Below, one piece after another: positions 37,070 to 46,634 of a DNA stretch of 64,000 bases. The stretch spans positions 10,971 through 74,970 of the forward strand of contig JAFGML010000031.1 in the NCBI GenBank assembly GCA_016927555.1, written 5' to 3'. Source of the stretch: Thermoplasmatota archaeon. GTDB taxonomy: Archaea; Thermoplasmatota; E2; DHVEG-1. Below the pieces are notes generated by a model, which worked only from the letters and a program-made list of their open reading frames with translations, had not been told where the DNA came from and did not search any database. The translations under genes were made by a program, and so were the position numbers. How positions within the stretch are numbered: position 1 is the first letter of the stretch; each line of letters opens with the position of its first letter.

Positions 37070-37930
37070 ATGAAACAGCGAGGCATAAAAGCAGGTATCG
37101 TCGCGCTATTGACAAAAGCAGAAACTGAGTTACCACACGACGTCATCAACGCCTTGCGTACTGCGTGCTCTCGAGAGAAAGGCATCGCAAAGATCCAACT
37201 GGAGATTATCCTAAAGAACATCCAGGTAGCACGCCACACGGGTCGTCCGATGTGTCAGGACACCGGTATTCAGTCATTTTTTGTCACCGCCGGTGTGAAG
37301 TCTCCCTACCTGAGCGGCCTCACAGCAAGTATCACTGCTGCCGTCAAACACGCCACGACTGCAATCCCGCTACGCCCGAACACTGTTGATCCCGTGTCAG
37401 GAAAAAACCCTGGTGACAACACCGGGGAGCATATCCCAGCGATCACCTGGGATCTCTGCGAGGGAGACGACATCTGGATCACCGTGCTTCCGAAAGGTGG
37501 CGGCAGTGAAAACATGAGCAGACTAGGGATGTTAAAACCCAGTGCCGGCCTGGAGGGCGTACAACAGTTTGTTGTTGAAGAGATCGTCAAAGCAGGCGGC
37601 AGCCCTTGCCCACCCACCATCGTCGGTATCGGGATTGGCGGCGGGGCAGATCTCGCGGTAAAGTTGGCGAAACAAGCGCTCCTGCGTCCTGTCGGCCAGC
37701 GCCATCAGAATCGACGTGTCGCGACACTGGAACGGAAGATAACACAGAGCATCAATGCGAGCGGGATAGGGCCGATGGGGTTGGGAGGCAAGACCACTGT
37801 CCTGGATGTTCACATTGAAACAGCACATCGTCACCCGGCAAGTCTGCCTGTTGGCATTGTGGTGCAGTGCTGGGCAGACCGCAGAGCGACCATGGTCATC
37901 CATGCGGATGGAACCTGGGAGGTGAAATGA
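37070..37930 (+). CDS. Class I fumarate hydratase / tartrate dehydratase family, alpha (N-terminal domain) subunit
   Basis: It carries the PMCQDTGI motif and LPKGGGSEN. Trimmed to ATG 37070; the track start 36956 overlaps the cupin gene. Confidence 0.8.
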   Translation: MKQRGIKAGIVALLTKAETELPHDVINALRTACSREKGIAKIQLEIILKNIQVARHTGRPMCQDTGIQSFFVTAGVKSPYLSGLTASITAAVKHATTAIPLRPNTVDPVSGKNPGDNTGEHIPAITWDLCEGDDIWITVLPKGGGSENMSRLGMLKPSAGLEGVQQFVVEEIVKAGGSPCPPTIVGIGIGGGADLAVKLAKQALLRPVGQRHQNRRVATLERKITQSINASGIGPMGLGGKTTVLDVHIETAHRHPASLPVGIVVQCWADRRATMVIHADGTWEVK

Positions 37931-37931
37931 C

Positions 37932-38486
37932 ATGGAGTACCACCTCACCACCCCGCTGTCACCTGAGAAGATACGTCAGTTGCACTGTGGTGACATTGTC
38001 TACCTCACAGGAGAGGTGTTCACCGCGAGAGACAAAGCGCATTATCTGATGCTTCAAAAAAGAAGACAGGACATCCCGTTTTCCCCCTCAGAGATGGCGT
38101 TGTATCACTGTGGACCATTGGTGAAGAAAACAAAAGCAGGGTGGCAGGTGGTGTCCGCAGGCCCCACAACCAGCAATAGAATGGAGGAGGTCATGGGTCG
38201 TCTCATACGAAAATACAACATACCCTTCATCATTGGAAAAGGAGGGATGGGGAGACGTACCCGGGAGGCGCTGCGAAATCACGTAGGAGTGTATGCGGCG
38301 TACCCTGGTGGGGTTGGTGCGCTTGCCGCAGATGCAGTCCAGACGGTCAGAGACGTATTCTGGTTAAGGGAACTTGGGGTTCTGGAAGCAGTCTGGGTGC
38401 TCACCGTAAAAGAGTTTGGACCACTCATCATTGTGTTTGATGCCCATGGCAGATCATTGCTCCACAATAATGCTGAACATCAATGA
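37932..38486 (+). CDS. Class I fumarate hydratase family, beta (C-terminal domain) subunit
   Basis: 184 aa with GDIVYLTGEVFTARDKAH and IIGKGGM. It starts 1 nt after the alpha-subunit stop. Confidence 0.8.
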   Translation: MEYHLTTPLSPEKIRQLHCGDIVYLTGEVFTARDKAHYLMLQKRRQDIPFSPSEMALYHCGPLVKKTKAGWQVVSAGPTTSNRMEEVMGRLIRKYNIPFIIGKGGMGRRTREALRNHVGVYAAYPGGVGALAADAVQTVRDVFWLRELGVLEAVWVLTVKEFGPLIIVFDAHGRSLLHNNAEHQ

Positions 38487-38636
38487 TAGGTTAATATATA
38501 ATAATTGTTTTACTCTGCCGTGAAAACCCTACATCCTCCCGAGGGAATCTTGCTGGTGCAACAAGAGACTAACGCTGCTGACATAGGGAAGGTGTTCTAA
38601 AGAGAGTTATACAAATCCGGGGGAGTTGGTGACGTC

Positions 38637-39641
38637 ATGACTGCAGAGAAACATTCTTCGTCAAAAGAAAGAAAGAAACTCCAAGTCGCGTTGTACTGGG
38701 CAGCGAGCTGCGGTGGATGCGAAATCGCCATGCTGGACCTCGATGAACACTTACTCGATGTCACTGCTGCCGCGGACATCGTGTTCTGGCCAGTGGCAGT
38801 CGATACAAAGTACAAAGATGTTGAGGCGTGGAAGGACCACAGCATAGACGTGTGTCTCTTCAATGGTGCGATCCGAACCTCTGAGAATGAACACGTAGCG
38901 AAACTGCTCAGACAGAAATCAAAAATCATGATTGCTTTTGGCGCCTGTGCAGTCAGCGGGGGAATCCCTGGTCTTGCGAATCTGTCGAATCGACAAGGAG
39001 TGTTTGAGACTGCGTACCTGGATAACCCTTCCACAGAAAACCCACACAAAAGTGTTCCTACGACGCAAGCGAAAGTCAACGAAGGGACGCTCTCACTCCC
39101 TGAGTTTTACGATACCGTCAAAAGCCTTGATCAAGTCGTCGACGTGGATTACTACCTCCCAGGGTGCCCACCACCACCATGGTTGATTTCCGATGCATTC
39201 CAAGCAATTCTTTCTGGTTCACTGCCTCCAAAAGGATCAGTGTTAGCACCATTGAAGTCGGTCTGTGACGAGTGCAAATACAAGCTGTCTGAAAAAAAAA
39301 TCACCTCACTCAAACGAATCTACGAGCTTGACCACATTGAAGAGAAATGTTTCCTTGAGCAGAACGTGCTGTGCCTTGGCCCTGCTACACGGGCAGGGTG
39401 CCGTGGGAGATGCATGGAAGCAAACATGCCATGCACGGGGTGCGGTGGTCTGCTTCCCAACGCACGTGACCAGGGAGCAAGCATGATCTCAGCCCTGGCA
39501 TCCATCCTTGGTATCGACGATGAAGAAAAGATGACGCCGGAACAGGTCAACGCACTCATCGAGCAAGTCAGAGACGTCGTAGGATCATTCTACAAATACA
39601 CCCTTCCCGTGTCTATCATTAAGAGGAAGGTGATGAAATGA
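38637..39641 (+). CDS. mvhG: [NiFe] hydrogenase small subunit, Mvh/Vhu type (group 3c)
   Basis: 334 aa with the proximal-cluster motif ASCGGCEIAML, then GACAVSGGIPG, YLPGCPP, and distal Cys clusters CDEC...C / GPATRAGC...C...CTGC. Confidence 0.8.
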   Translation: MTAEKHSSSKERKKLQVALYWAASCGGCEIAMLDLDEHLLDVTAAADIVFWPVAVDTKYKDVEAWKDHSIDVCLFNGAIRTSENEHVAKLLRQKSKIMIAFGACAVSGGIPGLANLSNRQGVFETAYLDNPSTENPHKSVPTTQAKVNEGTLSLPEFYDTVKSLDQVVDVDYYLPGCPPPPWLISDAFQAILSGSLPPKGSVLAPLKSVCDECKYKLSEKKITSLKRIYELDHIEEKCFLEQNVLCLGPATRAGCRGRCMEANMPCTGCGGLLPNARDQGASMISALASILGIDDEEKMTPEQVNALIEQVRDVVGSFYKYTLPVSIIKRKVMK

Positions 39642-41101
39642 AGACCGTGACCATTGACCCGATCACCCGCTTGGAGGGGCATGGGAAGATCACGATTTTT
39701 TTAAACGATCATGGGAACGTAGAGAACGCGTACCTGCAGATCCCTGAGCTACGCGGGTTTGAGCGGTTCTCACAGGGGAGACGGGCTGAGGATATGCCAC
39801 AGATCACCTCACGCATCTGCGGAGTCTGCCCTGTGGCTCACCATTTCGCAGCAACAAAAGCACTCGATGCTGCGTTCCACGTCGAACCACCCTCTGCAGC
39901 AAAAAAACTCCGTGAACTCTTGTACTGCGGGTACATCATTTACGACCACATCTTGCATTTCTACTTCCTCGGTGGCCCTGATTTCATCGTCGGCCCAGAT
40001 GCTCCTGCGCCGAAGCGAAACATCCTTGGCGTAATTGAGAAAGCAGGTCTTGATGTAGGAAAAGACGTGATTAAACATCGGGCCTATGGACAAAAAATAA
40101 CCGCGATTCTCGGCGGAAAAGCAACACACCCTGTGTGTGGACTGCCTGGCGGCGTCTCGAAGGGACTTACCCGTGAAGAAACCAAAGAAATCAAAGAGAT
40201 GATCACGTCTTGTATTAAATTCGCGCAGTTCTCCCTGACCCTATTTGATAGTGTGGTCTTACAAAAAAGGGAGTACCTGGAGTTGATACGCTCAGACCCC
40301 TACACCTTGAAAACCTACAACATGGGGCTTGTGGATAAAAAAAACTTGGTGAATTTTTACGATGGGCACGTGAGAGTCACAGACCAACAAGGAGACGAAC
40401 TCCTGAAATTCAAAGCCAACGAGTACTCCAAGCATCTCGCAGAGCATGTGGAAGAATGGAGTTACATGAAGTTTCCCTACCTGAAAAAAATCGGATGGCA
40501 GGGGTTCACTGACGGGAAACAGAGCGGTGTGTACCGTGTCGGACCGCTCGGCAGACTCAACGCAGCAGAGGGAATGGCGACGCCTCAGGCGCAGAAAGAA
40601 TACAAACGGATGTTTGACACGTTAGGCGGTAAACCCATAAACTCTACCCTTGCGTTCCACTGGGCGCGTCTCATTGAACTGTTGTATGCCACAGAACGTG
40701 CTCTCGAACTGATAAACGACCCGGAGATTACCTCGACGCACATTCGGAACCCTGTCGGAGAGCCAACCGAGGGGGTTGGTGTTGTCGAAGCAGCCCGAGG
40801 CACCCTCTTCCACCATTACATCCTCGATAAACACGGGTTGATTCAGAGAGCAAATTTGATTGTCGCAACAACCAATAATGCAGGTGCCATCACAATGTCA
40901 GTGCGTGACGCAGCAAAAGGGGCGATTCACAGGGGAGTCATCAACGACGGATTGCTCAACAAGGTGGAAATGGCATTTCGCGCCTATGACCCTTGTTTTG
41001 CGTGTGCGACGCACACGTTGCCTGGGGGCATGCCACTGACCGTGGACATTCGGAATTCAAAGAAACAGTTGGTGACGTCTCTTTCAAGAGGACCACTATG
41101 A
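39638..41101 (+). CDS. mvhA: [NiFe] hydrogenase large subunit, Mvh/Vhu type (group 3c)
   Basis: 487 aa with ITRLEGHG, the N-terminal Ni-binding RICGVCPVAHH and the C-terminal DPCFACATH, followed by a 28-aa extension. It has a 4-nt overlap with the small subunit. Confidence 0.85.
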   Translation: MKTVTIDPITRLEGHGKITIFLNDHGNVENAYLQIPELRGFERFSQGRRAEDMPQITSRICGVCPVAHHFAATKALDAAFHVEPPSAAKKLRELLYCGYIIYDHILHFYFLGGPDFIVGPDAPAPKRNILGVIEKAGLDVGKDVIKHRAYGQKITAILGGKATHPVCGLPGGVSKGLTREETKEIKEMITSCIKFAQFSLTLFDSVVLQKREYLELIRSDPYTLKTYNMGLVDKKNLVNFYDGHVRVTDQQGDELLKFKANEYSKHLAEHVEEWSYMKFPYLKKIGWQGFTDGKQSGVYRVGPLGRLNAAEGMATPQAQKEYKRMFDTLGGKPINSTLAFHWARLIELLYATERALELINDPEITSTHIRNPVGEPTEGVGVVEAARGTLFHHYILDKHGLIQRANLIVATTNNAGAITMSVRDAAKGAIHRGVINDGLLNKVEMAFRAYDPCFACATHTLPGGMPLTVDIRNSKKQLVTSLSRGPL

Positions 41102-41568
41102 AAACCATGGTTCTAGGTGTTGGTAATCCTATCCTTCAAGATGATAGCATTGGTTTACATGTTGCCCAGTACGTCAAAGAACGCATTGATGATCCCACAG
41201 TACACGTCGACGTGGCGTACACTGGTGGATTGAATTTGCTCGATGTGGTTCAGGGGTACGATTCCGTGATCCTCATCGATGCGATACGCGATACAACAAA
41301 AAAAAATGGGACTGTTGAACGACTGCCGCTGCCCGAGGGCAAGACAGTCTACTCGTGCAACCCGCACGATGTCTCCTTTGCTGAGGCGATGACTCTGGCG
41401 CGGAACCTTGGTGTCGAATCGTGCCCACACACTATCGTCATCATTGGTATCGTGGTGAACCAGACCCCTGAGTTTGGGGAGGAGTTAAGCACGGAGATCG
41501 AACGTGCGGTGCCCGTGGCAGCACAACTGGTGCTCACTGAACTGAAGAGGGGGAAAAGTCAACCATGA
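41098..41568 (+). CDS. Hydrogenase maturation endopeptidase
   Basis: Trimmed to ATG 41098, which overlaps the mvhA stop as ATGA. Motifs are MVLGVGNPILQDDSIGLHVA and ILIDA. Confidence 0.8.
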   Translation: MKTMVLGVGNPILQDDSIGLHVAQYVKERIDDPTVHVDVAYTGGLNLLDVVQGYDSVILIDAIRDTTKKNGTVERLPLPEGKTVYSCNPHDVSFAEAMTLARNLGVESCPHTIVIIGIVVNQTPEFGEELSTEIERAVPVAAQLVLTELKRGKSQP

Positions 41569-41999
41569 CAACGAAGGCAGCAGCGGAGTTTGAACCACGA
41601 CTCATCGGATTTCTGTGTAACTGGTGCAGCTACGCAGGCGCGGATTTAGCGGGGACGAGTCGCATGAAGTATCCCGCAAACCTACGGTCTATTCGGGTCA
41701 TGTGCTCTGGTCGTGTTGACCCGGTCTTTATCCTTGAGGCGCTACAGAAAGGTATTGATGGGGTGCTGGTGGCAGGCTGTCATCCTGGTGACTGTCACTA
41801 CCAATCTGGGAATTACAAGACAAACCGCCGCATCAAGCTGCTGCAGAAACTGCTCGAGGAACTTGGTATTGATCCTCGTCGCGTCCGCTTTGAGTACATC
41901 TCAGCATCTGAGGGACAGAAATTCGCTCAGGTTGTGACTGAGTTCGTCCGAGACATCAAGGAACTCGGGCCGAATCCGTTGATACAGAAAAAAGAATGA
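41565..41999 (+). CDS. mvhD: Methyl-viologen-reducing hydrogenase delta subunit (MvhD), copy 1
   Basis: It reads IGFLCNWCSYAGADLAGTSRMKYPANLRSIRVMCSGRVDPVFILEAL..GIDGVLVAGCHPGDCHY. Confidence 0.85.
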   Translation: MTTKAAAEFEPRLIGFLCNWCSYAGADLAGTSRMKYPANLRSIRVMCSGRVDPVFILEALQKGIDGVLVAGCHPGDCHYQSGNYKTNRRIKLLQKLLEELGIDPRRVRFEYISASEGQKFAQVVTEFVRDIKELGPNPLIQKKE

Positions 42000-42015
42000 A
42001 GCGACATGAAAACTG

Positions 42016-42501
42016 TTACTTTTTATGGTGCACCGAGACAAGGCGTTGGAGTTCGTCTATTAACGCATTAAGGGTGTCATTCACCCTGTGCGCGACGTCA
42101 TCTGACAGCGAGGTGCCTGGTGAGATGTCTTTCGGCTGGATGCCAAACAGGAGGACCTCCGTGGGGAGCTCGTGGAGCTGTTCTGAGAGGGACAGCACGC
42201 GAAGGATGTTGGTGATGTGCGTTGAGAGAGGCTCTGAGACGTGCTGCTGTTGTAGCTCCTTGAATCGAAAGAGGCGTGATTCACCCGGAAACCCCTGAAA
42301 ATTGATCGCATCAATGAGCAGCAGGACATCAAAACGAGGGAGGAGGTGCAACAGATTCATGCCACCAGTTCCTCCATCAATGAATTCTATGTCCTTGAAT
42401 CGGGGGTCTTTCTGTGTTTTCAACAGATTGAGAAGAACGACCCCGATGCCGTCATCCCTGCGGAGTATATTTCCAAGACCTATCACACCGATTCTCGCCA
42501 T
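42016..42501 (-). CDS. Hydrogenase maturation endopeptidase (second copy)
   Basis: 161 aa with IGVIGLGNILRRDDGIGVVLL and LLIDA. It is the last gene of the minus-strand hydrogenase operon. Confidence 0.75.
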   Translation of the reverse strand: MARIGVIGLGNILRRDDGIGVVLLNLLKTQKDPRFKDIEFIDGGTGGMNLLHLLPRFDVLLLIDAINFQGFPGESRLFRFKELQQQHVSEPLSTHITNILRVLSLSEQLHELPTEVLLFGIQPKDISPGTSLSDDVAHRVNDTLNALIDELQRLVSVHHKK

Positions 42502-42513
42502 AGGAAAAGAATC

Positions 42514-43824
42514 CTAGATGAACGTGACCGTGAGATAGTGCGTCGAGCAGGAGATACAGGGGTCGTACGCCCGGACCAGCATCTCCAACGTCAACTCGAT
42601 GTCCTGTGGTGACTGATCGAGGATTTCTGGGACGAGTTTCTCCATATCCTTTTGTATGTTCGCATGGTTCTGATTGGTCGGAATAACACAGTTTGCTTTC
42701 GTGCAATACCCCTGTGCATTCAATGTGTAGTCATGGATGAGAAGCCCACGCGGCACTTCTACCAGGCCAACCCCTCGTCCCGCTTTTGGTTTGGCTTTCA
42801 CAGGCTTCTCTTCTTTCAGAGACCCGTCAAGTAAGGCGTCTATCAGGTGAATCGAGTCTTCGATGTTGTGCATGTACTCGACCAGCTGGGCGATGGTGTT
42901 CATAAACGGGTTGTAGTTGATAGCGTTGAGGTGGAACAACTGCGCCAGGTGTTTTGCTTTAGGGTGCAGCTGACTGCTGTTGTTGTTAAACCGGGCTAAC
43001 GCGCCTACCATGTAGGAATCGCGGTGATGCTTCGTATACTTCGCAGTCGACTGTGGGACGACGTACTCGTTGGTTATGGTGGGGTAGCGCAGCGGGTCTG
43101 AAACGACACCGGTATCTGTGGATGTGATGTTGCCATCGTAGAACGCGTACTCATCACCTGTGCTCAGCGCAATGTACTCGGTTTCACGAGTAAAGGTAGG
43201 GAGACGGTCAGCGACACCATGGATGATGTCTGCGACCTGCTGGGTGACTGTCTGTCCCTCTTCGAGTCGTTTCCGTAGGTTCGTAAGCTGCGTTGGGGTC
43301 GGTAGAGCGGAGAAACCACCGACGATGAGTCGGATCGGGTGAATCGTCCGTCCACAGATGAGATCAGACATCTCGTTGGCGAGACGATGAAGCCATACGA
43401 TTTTCAGGACAGCATCGGTATGCTTGCCGCCGATGAGGGGAAACACGCTGCCGACTCCGAAGAGATCAGGGGCTGCGAGGTACCCAATGTGCAGGATGTG
43501 ACTCTGCATGTTCTCTGCATTGATGGCGAGGCGACGGAGCATCCCGGTCTGTGGTGTAATCTGCAGACCTAAGGCGTCCTCGGTTGCCTTCAACGAAGCA
43601 AGGGAGTGTCCAATGGAGCAAATACCGCAGATGCGTGAGGTGATGGGACGGAGTTCATGGTAGTGTTGCCCGCGCAACATGGCTTCGAAGAACCGTGGTG
43701 CTTCACTGACCTGCCACTGCACTTGTTGTATTGCGCCGTTCTTGACATCAAGGATGATATTGCCATGTCCCTCAACACGGGTCAGGTGCTCTACGTGTAT
43801 AGAGAAATCCTTCTTACTTGTCAT
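42514..43824 (-). CDS. [NiFe] hydrogenase large (alpha) subunit, group 3b sulfhydrogenase type
   Basis: Trimmed to MTSKKDFSIHVEHLTRVEGHG (436 aa). The track ORF extends 83 codons further and overlaps the delta gene. Motifs are RICGICSIGH and the C-terminal DPCISCSTH. Confidence 0.8.
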   Translation of the reverse strand: MTSKKDFSIHVEHLTRVEGHGNIILDVKNGAIQQVQWQVSEAPRFFEAMLRGQHYHELRPITSRICGICSIGHSLASLKATEDALGLQITPQTGMLRRLAINAENMQSHILHIGYLAAPDLFGVGSVFPLIGGKHTDAVLKIVWLHRLANEMSDLICGRTIHPIRLIVGGFSALPTPTQLTNLRKRLEEGQTVTQQVADIIHGVADRLPTFTRETEYIALSTGDEYAFYDGNITSTDTGVVSDPLRYPTITNEYVVPQSTAKYTKHHRDSYMVGALARFNNNSSQLHPKAKHLAQLFHLNAINYNPFMNTIAQLVEYMHNIEDSIHLIDALLDGSLKEEKPVKAKPKAGRGVGLVEVPRGLLIHDYTLNAQGYCTKANCVIPTNQNHANIQKDMEKLVPEILDQSPQDIELTLEMLVRAYDPCISCSTHYLTVTFI

Positions 43825-44578
43825 AGGTGCACTCCTCCCGTCCGTAGTTGTACATCGTACACCGTCGGCGGATATCCTCGTAGGTGAGGTGGTACCGCTC
43901 AAGGACTTCTTTGACGCACTCGGTCTCTGCTTTCTTAATGAGTCCACGGCAGCCGTCGCAGGGCATGTTGTGCGTCGGACAAATGGCTTTGCATCCTGCA
44001 CGCGTGATGGGACCGAGGCAGAAGTTCCCCAGTTCGAACTGGCAGATGTTTTCGTTTTTCTTGCACTCGACACACACAGGGTACCGTGGTATCTCTGGTT
44101 TCTTGCCTAACGCAAGCGCTGTGATGACTTGTTTGAACTCATCGCGGTCAATAGGACAGCCATGGATGTAGTAATCAACGGGAACAACTTCGTTGAGTGC
44201 TTTTGCTTTGCCTACGTTGAACAATTCATTTCCTTTGACCTTCGCATCACCGTACACCTGCTTCATCACCTCGTCAGGCATCCACTGGTTTCGTATCTTG
44301 TTGACACCACCAATGGTTGCACAGGCACCCAGGGCGACGAGGATCTTAGCGTTTTTACGAATGCCTTGTAGTCGTTTCTCATCGATCGGCCTCATGATGG
44401 AGCCTTCAACAAGGGCGATGTCGTACTGATCTGAGTGCTCCTTCATGACCTCGCGGAACGAGACGACATCGACGATCTCAAGGAGATCAATGATTTCCTC
44501 CTCAAGGTTCGCAATCTGCAGTTCACAACCTTCGCAATCTGCAAAATCAAATACTGCGACACGTGGTTTCTGTTTCAT
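43814..44578 (-). CDS. [NiFe] hydrogenase small (delta) subunit, group 3b type
   Basis: 254 aa with VAVFDFADCEGCELQI, GACATIGG, YIHGCP and distal Cys motifs. It overlaps the beta-gamma gene as ATGA. Confidence 0.75.
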   Translation of the reverse strand: MKQKPRVAVFDFADCEGCELQIANLEEEIIDLLEIVDVVSFREVMKEHSDQYDIALVEGSIMRPIDEKRLQGIRKNAKILVALGACATIGGVNKIRNQWMPDEVMKQVYGDAKVKGNELFNVGKAKALNEVVPVDYYIHGCPIDRDEFKQVITALALGKKPEIPRYPVCVECKKNENICQFELGNFCLGPITRAGCKAICPTHNMPCDGCRGLIKKAETECVKEVLERYHLTYEDIRRRCTMYNYGREECTYDK

Positions 44579-46506
44579 TCAAACGCCTCCGGCAGCTGCT
44601 TAATCTGATTGTAATTGAACACGGGTCCTTCCTTGCAGGTGTAGATGCCGTTGATTTGACAGTGACCACATTTACCGACACCGCATTTCATCCGCCGTTC
44701 CAAGGACACGTAGATATTCTCATCAGGAATCCCCATGGTCTTGAGGCACTGGATCACAAACTTGTACATAATGGGGGGGCCTATGACGATAGCAATCGTG
44801 TTTTTTGAGTCATACATATCCATGCGAATCTTCGGGAACAGGGTTGTCACCAAGCCGATGCAGCCGTTCCAACACTCCTTTTCATCACAGCGATCGACCG
44901 TGACTTCACACTGCGTATCGCACACGGTTTTCCAGTGGTCCACATCCTTCATGAATGTGATTTCCTTCGGTTGCTTTGCACCGTAGAGAATGGTGATATT
45001 CTTGAATTTCTTCCGGTGCTTCGGGTCAAGGACGAAATTAATCAAGGACCGCATGGGAACCATCCCGGTTCCACCAGAGGTGAAGATGAGGTTCTTCCCC
45101 TCAAAAGACGTGGTGTCAAACCCGTTGCCCAGGGGTCCGCGAACACCGACTTTGTCACCAGACTTCAACTGCGCTAGCTTTGAAGTGACATTCCCAACGG
45201 TGCGAACCATGATCTCAAAACGAGGGGTGTCACTGGGTGGTGACGACACACCGAAGGGTGCTTCTCCTATGCCAAACAACGAGATTTCCACAAACTGACC
45301 AGGTTTATGCCCAAGTGGCTTCCCATCATCAAGTTGGATTTCAAAGAAGGTGTCCAGGTCATTGAAATGCTCGACCCGTGTGACGGTGGCACTCCGCGGC
45401 ACATGGATGATGCCTGTCTCCTCGACCGTTGTTTTCTGCTTAATGAAGAAGCGTTCTGTGTCTTCCTCTCTGCCAAAGGAGGCAAGCTCATTGATGAGGT
45501 TGCAGGGGTCAGCGATGTCAGGGAGACATGCGATGCCGCATCGACCGCATCCGACGCATGCGACAAACCCGTAGCGTGCAGGGAGGTAGTTGCCTTTTCT
45601 GTAGAAGCGATGACGGTAGCGTTCCTTGACTTCCTCTCGGAACACCTCACCGCTCCCTACTCTGGTGAAGTCCCGCAGTAAACAGCCATCCCACGTGCGA
45701 ACGCGTTGACCGTCTTTCAGATTCAAGGACACTTGATCGCGTACATCGTAGCAGAAGCACGTGGGGCAGACCATGGTGCAGGAGCTGCACTCCAAACAGG
45801 TGTCTGCGTGCTCCTCCCAGATCGCGTGTTGATAGTTGGCGACGAGAACACCTGGCCAATCCTTCGTTGTTATGTTTACTTTCTGTTTGTACTTCTCCAG
45901 AAGGGTGTTTCGCTTCTGTTGTAATTTTTTCAGGTCCGCGGCAGTTGCTTCTTTTGTCTTCGCATAGGTCTCCACCAACTGCTTTCCTTTCTCAGAGCCG
46001 ATGGTGAGGAGGTACTGGGTGCCGATATTCGAGATGAGGACATCAAAGCCTGTGTCAGCAACATGGGTGTTCATGCTCCCCGCAAAGGATCTCTCTGAGA
46101 CAGCATCGATATCTGAGCCTATGATGATGGTGTTGTCTCGCCGTTTCTTGTAGAAATCATCCTGTTGCTCGTCTAAGTAGACCACATCGGTCTGCTGCAG
46201 TGCGATGATATCATAGGGGTGCATCCCGATGATGATGCGCTGTTTGTTATCAAACGTTGCCTGCACCTCGAAGGGTTTCTTTAAGTCGTACTGCATCATA
46301 GACTCGAGGGGAGGGAGGAAGTACTTCTTTGGTGGCAGGATGGTTACATCGTGGTCCAGTCTGAGATCCTCAGCATGGTCCAATGGACCGTAGACGAAGC
46401 GTTTTCCTTTTGCCTTCACGCCGACGACATCGTAGGTCCCGTCAGCGATGAGGGCATCTACAAAACAGTGTAATTCTTTTTTTGTAATGGCTCTGAGTGT
46501 GTTCAT
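44575..46506 (-). CDS. Fused sulfhydrogenase beta (AsrA-like Fe-S) and gamma (PyrK/AsrB-like FAD/NAD(P), 2Fe-2S) subunit
   Basis: The N-terminal half has CLECSSCTMVCPTCFCYD and CVGCGRCGIACLP. The C-terminal half has GEAPFGVSS, GPLGNGF, FTSGGTGMVPMRSL and MKCGVGKCGHCQ. ATG 46506 (AAGGTG upstream) is preferred over GTG 46515. Confidence 0.7.
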   Translation of the reverse strand: MNTLRAITKKELHCFVDALIADGTYDVVGVKAKGKRFVYGPLDHAEDLRLDHDVTILPPKKYFLPPLESMMQYDLKKPFEVQATFDNKQRIIIGMHPYDIIALQQTDVVYLDEQQDDFYKKRRDNTIIIGSDIDAVSERSFAGSMNTHVADTGFDVLISNIGTQYLLTIGSEKGKQLVETYAKTKEATAADLKKLQQKRNTLLEKYKQKVNITTKDWPGVLVANYQHAIWEEHADTCLECSSCTMVCPTCFCYDVRDQVSLNLKDGQRVRTWDGCLLRDFTRVGSGEVFREEVKERYRHRFYRKGNYLPARYGFVACVGCGRCGIACLPDIADPCNLINELASFGREEDTERFFIKQKTTVEETGIIHVPRSATVTRVEHFNDLDTFFEIQLDDGKPLGHKPGQFVEISLFGIGEAPFGVSSPPSDTPRFEIMVRTVGNVTSKLAQLKSGDKVGVRGPLGNGFDTTSFEGKNLIFTSGGTGMVPMRSLINFVLDPKHRKKFKNITILYGAKQPKEITFMKDVDHWKTVCDTQCEVTVDRCDEKECWNGCIGLVTTLFPKIRMDMYDSKNTIAIVIGPPIMYKFVIQCLKTMGIPDENIYVSLERRMKCGVGKCGHCQINGIYTCKEGPVFNYNQIKQLPEAFE

Positions 46507-46572
46507 GTGAGACACCTTTTTTCATGTACGGGTCAAACAGTGATGAAAAGGTGAACTGGCCCCAAGGAAACC

Positions 46573-46585
46573 GTGAACGGTTCAC
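46573..46585. promoter_or_regulatory. Palindrome GTGAAC-G-GTTCAC next to a TATA-like box, upstream of the group 3b hydrogenase operon
   Basis: It has 6-bp perfect arms and lies 3 nt from the minus-strand TTTTAAAT (46589-46596). A third GTGAAC half-site is at 46551-46556. It is about 70-80 nt upstream of the start at 46506. Confidence 0.3.
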
Positions 46586-46634
46586 CTCATTTAAAAGTTG
46601 TTATTTCTCGAGGGTTCTCTGTGTTCTTTTTCGG

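Noticed and set aside
38498-38511. ATAATAATTGTTTT as a second copy of the hdr promoter palindrome upstream of mvhG
   Set aside because: It is not reported as a feature. It is only a 10/14 match within AT-rich TATA-like DNA, 126 nt from the ATG, and chance similarity cannot be excluded without genome-wide statistics. It is mentioned only as a lead under the hdr palindrome finding.
43825-44073. 83-codon N-terminal extension of the group 3b large-subunit ORF in the track
   Set aside because: It is Ser/Thr/Arg-rich and lies entirely within the delta-subunit gene in another frame. The conserved hydrogenase N-terminus (…HVEHLTRVEGHG) begins right after the internal ATG at 43824.
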